A DNA stretch of 64,000 bases, from contig DASQTB010000048.1 of assembly GCA_035642095.1 (NCBI GenBank), positions 2,496-66,495 of the forward strand, written 5' to 3'. The stretch is from Actinomycetota bacterium. Its GTDB lineage: Bacteria > Actinomycetota > UBA4738 > CALAEC01. This document shows, piece by piece, positions 45,869 to 54,648 of the stretch; within the stretch, counting starts at the first letter, position 1; each line of letters opens with the position of its first letter. The notes under the pieces are model-generated. The model was not told where the DNA came from and did not search any database. It worked only from the letters and a program-made list of their open reading frames with translations. The translations under genes and the position numbers were made by a program.

Positions 45869-47011
45869 TCAGCCTCCGGGGGGGACGGGCTCGGCGGCCT
45901 GGGACTCCGATGATCGGAGGGCCGCCTCGAACAGGCGGTGCGCCTCGAGCGCCTCCTCGGCATTCGCGCACGGGAACCCGTCACCGAGAAGGCCCGCCCG
46001 CTCGGCGAGGAACGCTGCCCACATCTGCAGCACGGCATCCGAGAAGCCGAACTCAAAGATGGCGCCTGTCACGGTCGGGAACACGGACTGGCTGCCCGTC
46101 TCCATTCCTTCCCAGACCTGGCGCCCGTCCCGAACCGTGAACCGGCGCACGGTCTTCGGCCGGGCGGTCGAGAACTCCACGCCGCCTTCCATCCCCACGG
46201 CCCGGATCCGCCAGGTGTTCATCTCCCCCGGCGAGATCCGCTTCGTCTCCACGGTCAGGGGGAACGTGGCGTCGTTTTCGCCTACGGTGCAGACGAGCGT
46301 GGCATTCTCGATTGTGTCGCAGGGAACCGGCGCGCCGTCCGGTCCCGGTCTCTCCGTGACGAGGTCCTGCAGAACGGCGTAGGTGCGCGTCGGATACCAG
46401 CCCAGCTTGAACGGGAGATGCAGGGCGTGCATGCCCAGGTCGCCCATCACGCCGATCCGTCCGCACAACCGGGCTTGACGTTTCCAGTTGGCCGGCTTGT
46501 GGACGTCCAGATCGCTCGAATGGAGGAACGCTGAGCTGGCCTCGATCACCCGTCCGAGTCTCCCAGTTCGTATCGTCTCGAAGGCGAGCTGAGCCCCGGG
46601 GAAGTAGGGCATCTCGCTGGAGCACCGGACGAACAGGTTCGGTCGCCTCCGCAGCACCTCGACGATCCGTTCGCATGCGGCGAGGTCGATCCCGAACGGC
46701 TTCTCACCGAGGAAGTCCTTGCCGGCCTCGATCGCCGCCACGTATAGCTTCTCGTGGAGATGGTGCGGCACCGCGATGTACAAGACGTCGACGACGTCGT
46801 CCTCGAGCAGCTGGCGGTAGTCGGTGCTTGTCAACCGAACCGTGTCGATGCGTTCGAACCAGGCCAGGGCCTTGGGGTCCGAATCGCACACGGCGGTGAG
46901 TGTCGGGCGGACCGGATGGCTCTGGAGTGCCGGCCACCGCTGAATTGCGGCGGCGACCTCCTTGCCCATCAGACCGCCGCCGATGATCCCGATCTGGACC
47001 TCGGAGGTCAC
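45869..47011 (-). CDS. Gfo/Idh/MocA-family NAD(P)-dependent oxidoreductase
   Basis: N-terminal Rossmann motif IGIIGGGLMGKE. C-terminal alpha/beta domain. Confidence 0.8.
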   Translation of the reverse strand: MTSEVQIGIIGGGLMGKEVAAAIQRWPALQSHPVRPTLTAVCDSDPKALAWFERIDTVRLTSTDYRQLLEDDVVDVLYIAVPHHLHEKLYVAAIEAGKDFLGEKPFGIDLAACERIVEVLRRRPNLFVRCSSEMPYFPGAQLAFETIRTGRLGRVIEASSAFLHSSDLDVHKPANWKRQARLCGRIGVMGDLGMHALHLPFKLGWYPTRTYAVLQDLVTERPGPDGAPVPCDTIENATLVCTVGENDATFPLTVETKRISPGEMNTWRIRAVGMEGGVEFSTARPKTVRRFTVRDGRQVWEGMETGSQSVFPTVTGAIFEFGFSDAVLQMWAAFLAERAGLLGDGFPCANAEEALEAHRLFEAALRSSESQAAEPVPPGG

Positions 47012-47015
47012 GAGC

Positions 47016-47855
47016 TCAGGAGGGCTCGTGCAGGAGGGTCAGGGCCTTCTCCGGGGACCAGTCGTCATGGACGACGGCCATCAGCGCCCGGGTGATCGCC
47101 TCCGGATTCGGGTGCTGGATGATGTTGCGCCCGTAGACGATCCCCGTGGCGCCCTGAGCGAGCACGGCCTGGGTTCGAATCAGGATCTCCTCGTCACTCA
47201 CCCGGCCTCCGCCGCGAACGAGGAGGGGGACCCGAGCGACCTGGACCACCCGGTGGTACTCGGAGACATCGTCGGTGGGATCGGCTTTGATGATGTCGGC
47301 CCCGAGCTCCACCGCCTGGCGGACCAGCGCCGTGATCCTTCCGACGTCGCCGTCGAGCGTGAGCCCGCCGTCGCCGGGCTTCATGACCAGCGGCTCCACC
47401 ATCAGGGGGATCGCCGCCGACTCACACAAGGTCTTGAGCCGGCCCACGTTCTCGATGCAGGCCCGGCGGAGCTCGTCGGCGCCGGGGATGTCGAACATGT
47501 TCACCACTACACAAACCGCGTCGAGGCGGACGGCGTGAGCGATCGGATCGTCGATCAGGACGGCAAAGGCCCTTTCGGGGGCCCTCCGTCCGTATACGTT
47601 TGCCACATCGCACCGAAGGACCAGGGCCGGCTTGTCGCGCCCCGGCCGTGACTGGAGGAGATCGGCCTGTCCCACGCTGAGCTGGATTGCGTCCGGCGCC
47701 GCCTCGACCAGTGCGGACACCGCGGCTTCCATGTCCTCGATGCCTGTGAGAAAGTCCCGCTCCCCGGCGAAGCCGTGGTCGACCGCCACGTCGAGGCACC
47801 GGTTCGAGCGGGGGTTGAACAGTCGGTTGAGACGATAGGACTTCACCGGCGACAT
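47016..47855 (-). CDS. class I aldolase of the DhnA/FbaB/LsrF/LacD superfamily
   Basis: Pattern LNRLFNPRSNRCLDVAVDHGF...DAIQL...GADIIKADP is typical of DhnA-type (TIM-barrel Schiff-base) aldolases. The stop is 4 nt from the MocA start. Confidence 0.7.
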   Translation of the reverse strand: MSPVKSYRLNRLFNPRSNRCLDVAVDHGFAGERDFLTGIEDMEAAVSALVEAAPDAIQLSVGQADLLQSRPGRDKPALVLRCDVANVYGRRAPERAFAVLIDDPIAHAVRLDAVCVVVNMFDIPGADELRRACIENVGRLKTLCESAAIPLMVEPLVMKPGDGGLTLDGDVGRITALVRQAVELGADIIKADPTDDVSEYHRVVQVARVPLLVRGGGRVSDEEILIRTQAVLAQGATGIVYGRNIIQHPNPEAITRALMAVVHDDWSPEKALTLLHEPS

Positions 47856-47895
47856 CCTCTTGACCAGCGGTCGAGACCGAACCTAGGCTAGCCAG

Positions 47896-47907
47896 GACAA
47901 CGTTGTC
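47896..47907 (+). promoter_or_regulatory. LacI-family operator palindrome GACAACGTTGTC (site 2, divergent aldolase/isomerase promoter region)
   Basis: Identical 12-nt palindrome to site 1. It lies in the 86-nt divergent intergenic region between 47855 (minus operon) and 47942 (plus operon). Confidence 0.6.
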
Positions 47908-47941
47908 AACACCAGTGCAGTGACCGCGGGGGGTCGGCCGG

Positions 47942-48994
47942 GTGGAGCCCATCGAGCTCGGGGTGAACCAGATCCACCGCTTCTACCGGGGTGGCCGGTC
48001 CATCGCGGAGTTCCGCGGCCTTCGCCACCAGGACGATTTAGGGCCGGAGGACTGGGTCGGGTCGGCGACGGCCGTCTTCGGATCGGAGACGCTTGGAGTG
48101 AGCAGGCTGACCGATGGTCGAACGCTCAGGGACGCCGTCGTGGCGGATCCGGAAGGGTTCCTGGGCCCCGAGCACGCGGAGCGGTTCGGAGCCGAGATCG
48201 GACTGTTGGTGAAGCTGCTGGATGCGGGCCAGCGGCTCCCGGTGCATTGCCATCCGAATCGGGAATTCTCGAGGCGCCACCTCGACTGCCCGTACGGGAA
48301 GACCGAAGCCTGGGTGATCGTCGGCGTGGGTTCGACCGACCCGGTCGTGCATCTCGGTTTCAGGCACAAGGTCGATCCGGAGACCCTCGCCGAGTGGGTG
48401 ACGCGACAGGACACCGAGGCGCTCCTCCAGGCCACCAATCGTCTCCCCGTCAAGATCGGGGACTCGGTCCTGGTCCCGGCGGGCATCCCGCACGCCATCG
48501 GCGAGGGGGTGTTCCTGGTCGAGCTTCAGGAGCCGACGGACCTCTCCGTGCTTCTCGAGTGGGACGGCTTCGATATCGACGGCGCCCTGGACGGACACCT
48601 CGGGCTGGGGTTCGATGTGGCCCTGGCTTGCGTCGACGCATCGGGCTGGGGGGGACGGCAGGTCGACCGGCTTCGCGGCCCGCGTCGTGGTCTCGCCGGG
48701 GCCCGGCCCGGGGTGGAGATCCTGTTCCCGACCGAAGCGGATCCGTTCTTCCGGGCCGAGCGGATCCGTCCTCCGGGAAGCACGCCGCTCCCGCCGTCCT
48801 TCTCCATCCTGGTGATCACCGCCGGATCGGGAACGCTCCGTTGGGCGAGTGCCGGGCGGGAGGTCGCTCGGGGAGACACCCTCCTGATCCCGTTCGCTGC
48901 GGGAACGTGTGAGTTGTCCGGCGCGGTCGAGGCGGTCCGATGCCTGCCTCCGGATCCGACGGCACCGGACGCCTCGGTGCCCGCGTTCCGATGA
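47942..48994 (+). CDS. class I mannose-6-phosphate-isomerase-like cupin sugar isomerase
   Basis: Type I PMI signatures (GKTEAWVIVG, LPVHCHPN, IPHAIGEG, LVELQEPTD). 350 aa. Confidence 0.75.
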   Translation: MEPIELGVNQIHRFYRGGRSIAEFRGLRHQDDLGPEDWVGSATAVFGSETLGVSRLTDGRTLRDAVVADPEGFLGPEHAERFGAEIGLLVKLLDAGQRLPVHCHPNREFSRRHLDCPYGKTEAWVIVGVGSTDPVVHLGFRHKVDPETLAEWVTRQDTEALLQATNRLPVKIGDSVLVPAGIPHAIGEGVFLVELQEPTDLSVLLEWDGFDIDGALDGHLGLGFDVALACVDASGWGGRQVDRLRGPRRGLAGARPGVEILFPTEADPFFRAERIRPPGSTPLPPSFSILVITAGSGTLRWASAGREVARGDTLLIPFAAGTCELSGAVEAVRCLPPDPTAPDASVPAFR

Positions 48995-50349
48995 CCGCAG
49001 AGCTGCTCCTCGGCCTTGACCTGGGCACCACTCATGCCAAGGCCGCGGTGGTGACGGTGGACGGCCGGGAACGTGCCCACGGCTCGGCGCCAACACCCTG
49101 GCGCACCCTGGCCACCGGGGCGGAGCTGGACCCTCGGGCTCTGGTCGAAACAGCGGTGACGGCCGCCCGGGCGGCGCTGGCTGCCGCACCGGAGGGCCGG
49201 GTGATCGGGGTCGGTGTGACGAGCATGGCCGAGACCGGTGCGCTGCTCGATCGGGAAGGAGAGCCGGTCACCCCGATGATCGCCTGGCACGACACCCGGG
49301 GCGACGAGCAGGCTGGCGAGCTGGCCCGTGCCGTCGGCCCACAGTGGTTCGCTCGGCGAGCCGGGCTTCCCATGAGCCGGTTGTGCACCGCGAGCAAGTA
49401 TCGGTGGCTGCGGGCCCACCTCCCGGGTGCCAAGGAAGGCGTTCGATGGCTCAACGTGGCGGAGTGGCTTGTGCGCAGCCTGGGGGGCGAGGAGGTGGCC
49501 GAGCTGTCGCTGTCCTCCCGGACGGGGTTCCTGGACCTGGCTCGGAAGGAATGGCTCGACGAGGTGCTCGACGCTGTGGAGGCTCCGGCCGGGTTCCTGC
49601 CCGACCCCGCCGATGCCGGGACGCCGGCGGGCACGGTGTCGCGCACGCTCGACGAGGCTCGCGGCGCCGTGTTGACCGTGGCGGGTCACGATCACCCCTG
49701 CGCCTCGGTCGGAGCGGGGGCCACCGAACCAGGTGACGTTTTCGACTCGTGTGGGACTGCGGAGGCCTTCGTTCGCGTGCTGGAAACGCCTCTCGGTCCC
49801 GACGACGTCGAGCGGGCGGTGTCGGGCGGGGTGACTGTGGGCTGGAGCGCCGTGCCGAACCAGCAGGCCCTGATGGCGGGATTCGTCTCGGGCCTGGCCC
49901 TGACCAGGTTTCTAAACCTTCTCGGTGTGGGCAAGAAGGGCCGAGCCGCCCTCGATGCCGCGGCCGTGGCGCTTCGGTCCGGCGCGGACGGGGTTTCGGT
50001 GGCCGGCGTGACGGACGACCGAGCCACGCTCGAGGGGATCCCCCGATCCGTGACTCCCGCACACGTCTGGCGGGCCGCGATCGAGGCGGTGACCCGGCAC
50101 GGCGAGCAGGTGTTGGAGACGATCGAGGCGGTCGCCGGCCCGACCACGAGGCTGGTGGTGACGGGAGGATGGGCCCGAAGCGTGGCCGTCCGGGCCGTCA
50201 AGCGGGAGATCCTGGGGCCGTACGATGAACCGGCGGTCGAGGAGGCCGGGGCTCGAGGGGCCGCGTTGATCGCCGGCCTCGCGGCGGGCGCCTTCTCGGG
50301 GATCGAGGACCTTCCTCCGATCGCTCGAGTCCGGCGCGACGAGGGATGA
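48991..50349 (+). CDS. FGGY-family carbohydrate kinase
   Basis: ATG overlaps the isomerase stop (ATGA). N-terminal LGLDLGTTHAKA. FGGY C-terminal domain (VVTGGWAR). Confidence 0.8.
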   Translation: MTAELLLGLDLGTTHAKAAVVTVDGRERAHGSAPTPWRTLATGAELDPRALVETAVTAARAALAAAPEGRVIGVGVTSMAETGALLDREGEPVTPMIAWHDTRGDEQAGELARAVGPQWFARRAGLPMSRLCTASKYRWLRAHLPGAKEGVRWLNVAEWLVRSLGGEEVAELSLSSRTGFLDLARKEWLDEVLDAVEAPAGFLPDPADAGTPAGTVSRTLDEARGAVLTVAGHDHPCASVGAGATEPGDVFDSCGTAEAFVRVLETPLGPDDVERAVSGGVTVGWSAVPNQQALMAGFVSGLALTRFLNLLGVGKKGRAALDAAAVALRSGADGVSVAGVTDDRATLEGIPRSVTPAHVWRAAIEAVTRHGEQVLETIEAVAGPTTRLVVTGGWARSVAVRAVKREILGPYDEPAVEEAGARGAALIAGLAAGAFSGIEDLPPIARVRRDEG

Positions 50350-51365
50350 GCATCCGATCGGCGGGCGGCTACGTCCGGGCGGGAAAGGTGGCCAACCTCG
50401 ATCACCTGGCCCGGGCCACGCTCTCGACCGTGGTCGATGGGCCGGCCCGCGGTTGCCGCGCTCTCGACCTCCGGGTGGCGGAGGGGGTGGACCTTCGGAT
50501 CCTGCCCGACCGTGGGTTCGACATCGGCGACGCCCGGTTCCGGGGGGTTCCTCTCTCCTGGATCTCGGCGATCGGCGAGACGGGGCCGCTGAACGTCCTG
50601 ACCGGACGATCATGGCTCCAGACGTTCGGGGGTGGCCTGATCACCACCTGCGGGCTCCGGAACGTGGGATCTCCCTCCGAGGGGCACGGGCTGCACGGTC
50701 TGTTCTCGCACCTCCGGGCCTCCGACGTGCGCTGGGACCGGGGGATCGAAGAAGACGACATCGTGCTCACCGCTCGAGCCACGATCGACGAGATCGACGC
50801 GGGGGGAGCGCACCTTCGGGTGGATCGAACCATCCGAACCCGTACCGGTCGCGGCCTGGTCGAACTGACCGACGTCACCTCGAACCTCGGAGCCGCGCCC
50901 GAGCCCGCACCGATCCTCTACCACGTGAACCTGGGCGTCCCTCTGTTCGACGAGGGAGCCACCGTGGACATCGACAGCGTCGAGGTCCTGCCCCGCGACG
51001 ACGACGCGGGGCGGGGGCGCCATTCATGGATGTCGCCGGGTCCTCCCGAGGATGGTGGAAGGGAGATGGTCTTCGAGCATCGGGTCCGACCCGACCGCTC
51101 GGGCTGGGGGCGGGCGGCCGTGGTCAACTCGTCAGCCCGGCTCGAGCTGATCCTCCGATGGCGGGCGACCGAGCTGCCCCGCTTCCACCAGTGGCTCCAT
51201 CTCCGTCGGTCGATGTACGTGTTGGGGCTCGAACCGGCGAACTGCTCGGTTCTCGGCCGGGCCGCCGACCGGGCGGCCGGAACACTTCCGGTCCTGGAAC
51301 CCGGAGCCCTCCGAACGACGGAGCTTCGGCTCGAGCCCCGGCGGCGAGTGCCTGACCGCGCATGA
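50346..51365 (+). CDS. DUF4432 / aldose-1-epimerase-like family protein
   Basis: ATG overlaps the kinase stop. Beta-sandwich mutarotase-like pattern (YHVNLGVP...). No closer assignment possible by eye. Confidence 0.5.
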   Translation: MSIRSAGGYVRAGKVANLDHLARATLSTVVDGPARGCRALDLRVAEGVDLRILPDRGFDIGDARFRGVPLSWISAIGETGPLNVLTGRSWLQTFGGGLITTCGLRNVGSPSEGHGLHGLFSHLRASDVRWDRGIEEDDIVLTARATIDEIDAGGAHLRVDRTIRTRTGRGLVELTDVTSNLGAAPEPAPILYHVNLGVPLFDEGATVDIDSVEVLPRDDDAGRGRHSWMSPGPPEDGGREMVFEHRVRPDRSGWGRAAVVNSSARLELILRWRATELPRFHQWLHLRRSMYVLGLEPANCSVLGRAADRAAGTLPVLEPGALRTTELRLEPRRRVPDRA

Positions 51366-52309
51366 TCGTCGCGGGGCCGAACATCACACTCGATCGCATC
51401 GTCCGGATCGACGAGCTCCGGCCCGGGGAGGTGCTGCGATTCTCTGAGGCGATCATCGCGCCTGGAGGGAAGGGCGCGAACGTGACCCGGGTGGCGAAGG
51501 CGCTGGGTTTCCCGGCAACCCTGGTCGCGCTTGCCCCCGGACGTACCGGCCGGGCCGTGATCGAGCTTCTCTTCGAAGAAGGCCTTCCGGTGGACGCCGT
51601 CGCTACGGGAGGCGAGGCTCGGGCGGCTTCGATTGTGCTCGAGTCGAGCGGTCGGGTCACCGTCCTCAACGAGCCGGGTGCCACGATCCGAGAGGAGGAC
51701 TGGGGAGCGTACGAGCGGACGGTGGCTGATCTTCTTCCCGGCCATGGCTTCCTGGTGTGCATCGGAAGCACCCCTCCCGGTAGCCCACCGGACGCGTACG
51801 GCAGGCTCGTCGTACTGGCCAGGGAACGCGGGATGCGCGCGCTGGTCGATGCGGCCGGCGACTCCCTGGCGGGCGCCCTGGTGGCAGCTCCCGAGCTCGT
51901 CACGCCGAGCCTGGGCGAGGCGGAAGGGATCATTCGCGGTGCCGGCCCCCAGCCCGCAGCGGAGCGGTCAGCGGACGTGCGGGATCGAGCTCTGGCGGCT
52001 GCCTCCGCCTTGGTCGGTCGAGGTGCGAGCACTGCCATGGTGACGGTCGCCCAGGGACTGGCTGTGGCTCGAGGTTCAGAGCGCTGGTGGGTGGATGCCC
52101 CGCCGGTCACCGTCCGGAACCCCATCGGGGCCGGCGACTCGCTGGTCGGCGGCCTGATCGGCTCGCTCGAGCGAGGCCACGACCTTCGAACCGCGCTACG
52201 CCTCGGCGTGGCCGCGGCATCGGCCAGCGTCGAGACGAACCTCCCGGGGGTCCTCGATGCTCGCCGCGTCCACACCCTGGTGGACCACGTGGCGATCGTG
52301 GAGCGTTGA
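51362..52309 (+). CDS. PfkB-family sugar-phosphate kinase (1-phosphofructokinase/tagatose-6-P kinase-like)
   Basis: Start overlaps the upstream stop. N-terminal NITLDR pattern like FruK/LacC. Anion-hole/ATP motif GAGDSLVGGL near the C-terminus. Confidence 0.8.
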   Translation: MIVAGPNITLDRIVRIDELRPGEVLRFSEAIIAPGGKGANVTRVAKALGFPATLVALAPGRTGRAVIELLFEEGLPVDAVATGGEARAASIVLESSGRVTVLNEPGATIREEDWGAYERTVADLLPGHGFLVCIGSTPPGSPPDAYGRLVVLARERGMRALVDAAGDSLAGALVAAPELVTPSLGEAEGIIRGAGPQPAAERSADVRDRALAAASALVGRGASTAMVTVAQGLAVARGSERWWVDAPPVTVRNPIGAGDSLVGGLIGSLERGHDLRTALRLGVAAASASVETNLPGVLDARRVHTLVDHVAIVER

Positions 52310-52416
52310 GGGACCCACCGCTTCAACGACCGCAGGACCGTCGCCGAGTGATCAATCCCTCCCGCGGAGATCGACTCAACGACCGACCGAAGGGTGGCCG
52401 ACGCCTCCACCACCGG

Positions 52417-52684
52417 CTTTCAGGCTTGCAGGGAAACGGCGTACTCCGTGTCATCGTTCTGCCACCGGAAGATGAGGTGATCGCCGTCTCCTCTGGCCGC
52501 CGCGTCGAGGTCTCCGGTGAAGGTCGCCGAAGACCGGAATGAGGGGATCCTGCTCGGCGAAGGGGAACAGCAGGACCTCCCCGTCGGCGCCCCGTTGGGA
52601 CGCATCGATCAGGGTCGCCGTGGAGTAGTCGAGATGGAACACCACGCCGGATCCAGTCGGCCATGCTCGAGCCGGTGGCAGCAT
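52417..52684 (-). pseudogene. small ORF (about 88 aa) interrupted by one frameshift, unknown function
   Basis: Minus ORFs 52451..52684 and 52420..52605 read as one sequence if a 1-nt frameshift near 52525 is bridged. No recognisable domain. Confidence 0.2.
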
Positions 52685-52759
52685 CGGTCATCAGGCGCCG
52701 TGAAGTATGGGGGATCGACCGCTCACTATGCTGGGAGGCCCGGAAGGAAGGAGACGCAG

Positions 52760-53515
52760 ATGGCCACTTACGTCCTCGTTCCCGGAGCGTGGCTCGGGGC
52801 CTGGGCCTGGGACCGGGTCGGTGCGAGGCTCCGGGAGGGGGGCCATCACGTGCATCCCGTCTGCCTGACCGGCCTCGGCGAGCGGGCCTCCGAGGCGGAC
52901 CCGGGCGTGGACCTGGAGAGGCACGTGGCCGATGTGGTCGACGTGATCCGGCGGGAAGACCTGTGGAACGTGATCCTGGCGGGCCATAGCTACGCGGGGA
53001 TGGTGGTCACCGGGGCCGTGGAACGGGTCCGAGACCGGATCTCGCAGCTCGTGTACGTCGACTCAGGGCCCTTCCCCGACGGGACCTCGTTCCTGGACAC
53101 CATGGAGCCGCAAGCCCGCCAGCTCGCCGAGCGCCTGATCCGGGAACGAGGTCAGGGATGGCTCTGGCCCATGCCCACATGGGATGAGCTGGAGAACGTG
53201 ATGCAGGCCCGCCTGGACGGACTGGGGGAGCGGGAACGCGACACGATGCGAGTGGGCGCGGTTTCCCAGCCCGCGGGGACGATCAGGCAGCCCCTCCGTC
53301 GCCCCGAGCCCGTCGGGGAAGAGATCCGCAAGGTCCTGGTCAGCTCCAGCTTCCCGCTCCCGGCCGTGAAGGAGATGATCGCCGGGGGTCACCCCTGGTT
53401 CGCCGAGCTGGCCGGTCCCGAATGGCGGTTCCAGGAGGTCCCCACCGGACACTGGCCGATGTTTTCGAAGCCCGACGAGCTCGCCGCGGAGCTCGGCCGG
53501 ATCGCCATCAGCTGA
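52760..53515 (+). CDS. alpha/beta hydrolase (esterase)
   Basis: RBS GGAAGGAAGGAG. Nucleophile elbow GHSYAG. Starts MATYVLVPGAWLGAWAW. C-terminal His context (TGHWPMFS). Confidence 0.8.
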   Translation: MATYVLVPGAWLGAWAWDRVGARLREGGHHVHPVCLTGLGERASEADPGVDLERHVADVVDVIRREDLWNVILAGHSYAGMVVTGAVERVRDRISQLVYVDSGPFPDGTSFLDTMEPQARQLAERLIRERGQGWLWPMPTWDELENVMQARLDGLGERERDTMRVGAVSQPAGTIRQPLRRPEPVGEEIRKVLVSSSFPLPAVKEMIAGGHPWFAELAGPEWRFQEVPTGHWPMFSKPDELAAELGRIAIS

Positions 53516-53575
53516 GGATGATGGTTGGCGCCCCGACCGGCTCCCCGGCGTAAGGTAAGAGGAAGGGAGGGAGCA

Positions 53576-53686
53576 TGGGTGTGCAGATGCTGGCGGAGTG
53601 GACCACCGCCGACGGCGAGAGAGGCGCGTGGTTCAAGGACCCCGAAGGGAACATCCTGTCCCTGGCCCAGATCGCACCGTTCTGAC
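53576..53686 (+). CDS. 36-aa mini-ORF resembling the C-terminal module of a VOC/glyoxalase protein (probable remnant)
   Basis: Strong SD GGAAGGGAGGGAGC precedes the ATG. AWFKDPEGNILSL is the classical VOC C-terminal motif. Confidence 0.3.
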
Positions 53687-54107
53687 GGTCGATCGACAGG
53701 ACCGGCTCGACCACGGGGCCTTCCACAGCCTCGACTTCCTGTACACGCCGAGCCGTGACGTCGCCGCGGACCGCGACTACTTCACCGAGATTCTGGGCGG
53801 TCGGCTGGTCTTCGCCGTGGAGGCCATGGGAACCAGGGTCGCCGCGATCGAGCTCGCCCAGGGGTCGCCGCTGGTTCTCCTGACCGACCACCTGGACGGC
53901 GAGCGTCCCGTGCTCGTCTACCGGGTGGCCGATCTGGACGCCGCACTGGCGGCCCTCGAGTCTCGGGGCTGGGGCCGGACCCAGAGCTTCGAGATCCCCC
54001 ACGGGCCGTGCTGCTCGTTCATCGGTCCGGGCGGCCACCGCATCGCCCTCTATCAGCCCACCCGCCCGGAGGCGGCCCGTCACTTCGACGGCCGCCGTGA
54101 CTTCTAG
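53598..54107 (+). CDS. VOC-family (glyoxalase/bleomycin-resistance/dioxygenase) protein
   Basis: Two beta-alpha-beta-beta-beta modules (LDHGAFHSLDFLY...; VLVYRVADLDAALAALESRGW...GHRIALYQ). The start codon is uncertain, between GTG 53598 and GTG ~53637. Confidence 0.6.
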   Translation: MDHRRRRERRVVQGPRREHPVPGPDRTVLTVDRQDRLDHGAFHSLDFLYTPSRDVAADRDYFTEILGGRLVFAVEAMGTRVAAIELAQGSPLVLLTDHLDGERPVLVYRVADLDAALAALESRGWGRTQSFEIPHGPCCSFIGPGGHRIALYQPTRPEAARHFDGRRDF

Positions 54108-54171
54108 CCGGATTATCCCCTGCCCGGGTGGGGTTGGAACTCTGGTCAGGGAAGACTTGGCACAGGAAGGG

Positions 54172-54624
54172 ATGAGCATGGAAGTGAAGGAGCTGGGACA
54201 CATCGTCCTGTACGTGCGTGACCTGGAACGCTCCCGCCGGTTCTACGGCGAGGTGCTCGGGTGGAAGGAGGTCGCCCGGCTGGGCAATCAGGGAGCGATG
54301 TTCTCCTCCGGCCGGACCCATCACGAGCTGCTTCTCCTGGAGGTCGGGCCGAACGCCGCCCCGATCCCGCCGGGGCCGCGGGTGGGGATGTACCACTTCG
54401 GGCTCAAGCTGGGGGAGACCGACCAGGAGCTCCGGGCCGCCCTGGAAGAGCTGACCCGGGCGGGGGTCAGGGTGGGCGGCGCGGCGGACCACAACGTGAC
54501 CCACAGCCTGTACATCGAGGATCCGGACGGAAACGAGATCGAGCTGTACATCGACGTCCAGCCCGAGGTGTGGCGGGAGGACCCGCAGGCCATCCTGGCC
54601 CGGCCCCGGGCGCTCGAGCTGTAG
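54172..54624 (+). CDS. VOC-family protein (glyoxalase I / catechol-2,3-dioxygenase-like)
   Basis: RBS CAGGAAGGG. Signatures LGHIVLYVRDLERSRRFYGEVLGW and LYIEDPDGNEIEL. Confidence 0.8.
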   Translation: MSMEVKELGHIVLYVRDLERSRRFYGEVLGWKEVARLGNQGAMFSSGRTHHELLLLEVGPNAAPIPPGPRVGMYHFGLKLGETDQELRAALEELTRAGVRVGGAADHNVTHSLYIEDPDGNEIELYIDVQPEVWREDPQAILARPRALEL

Positions 54625-54648
54625 CCGCGGCGGGCAGGCGGATCCCCC

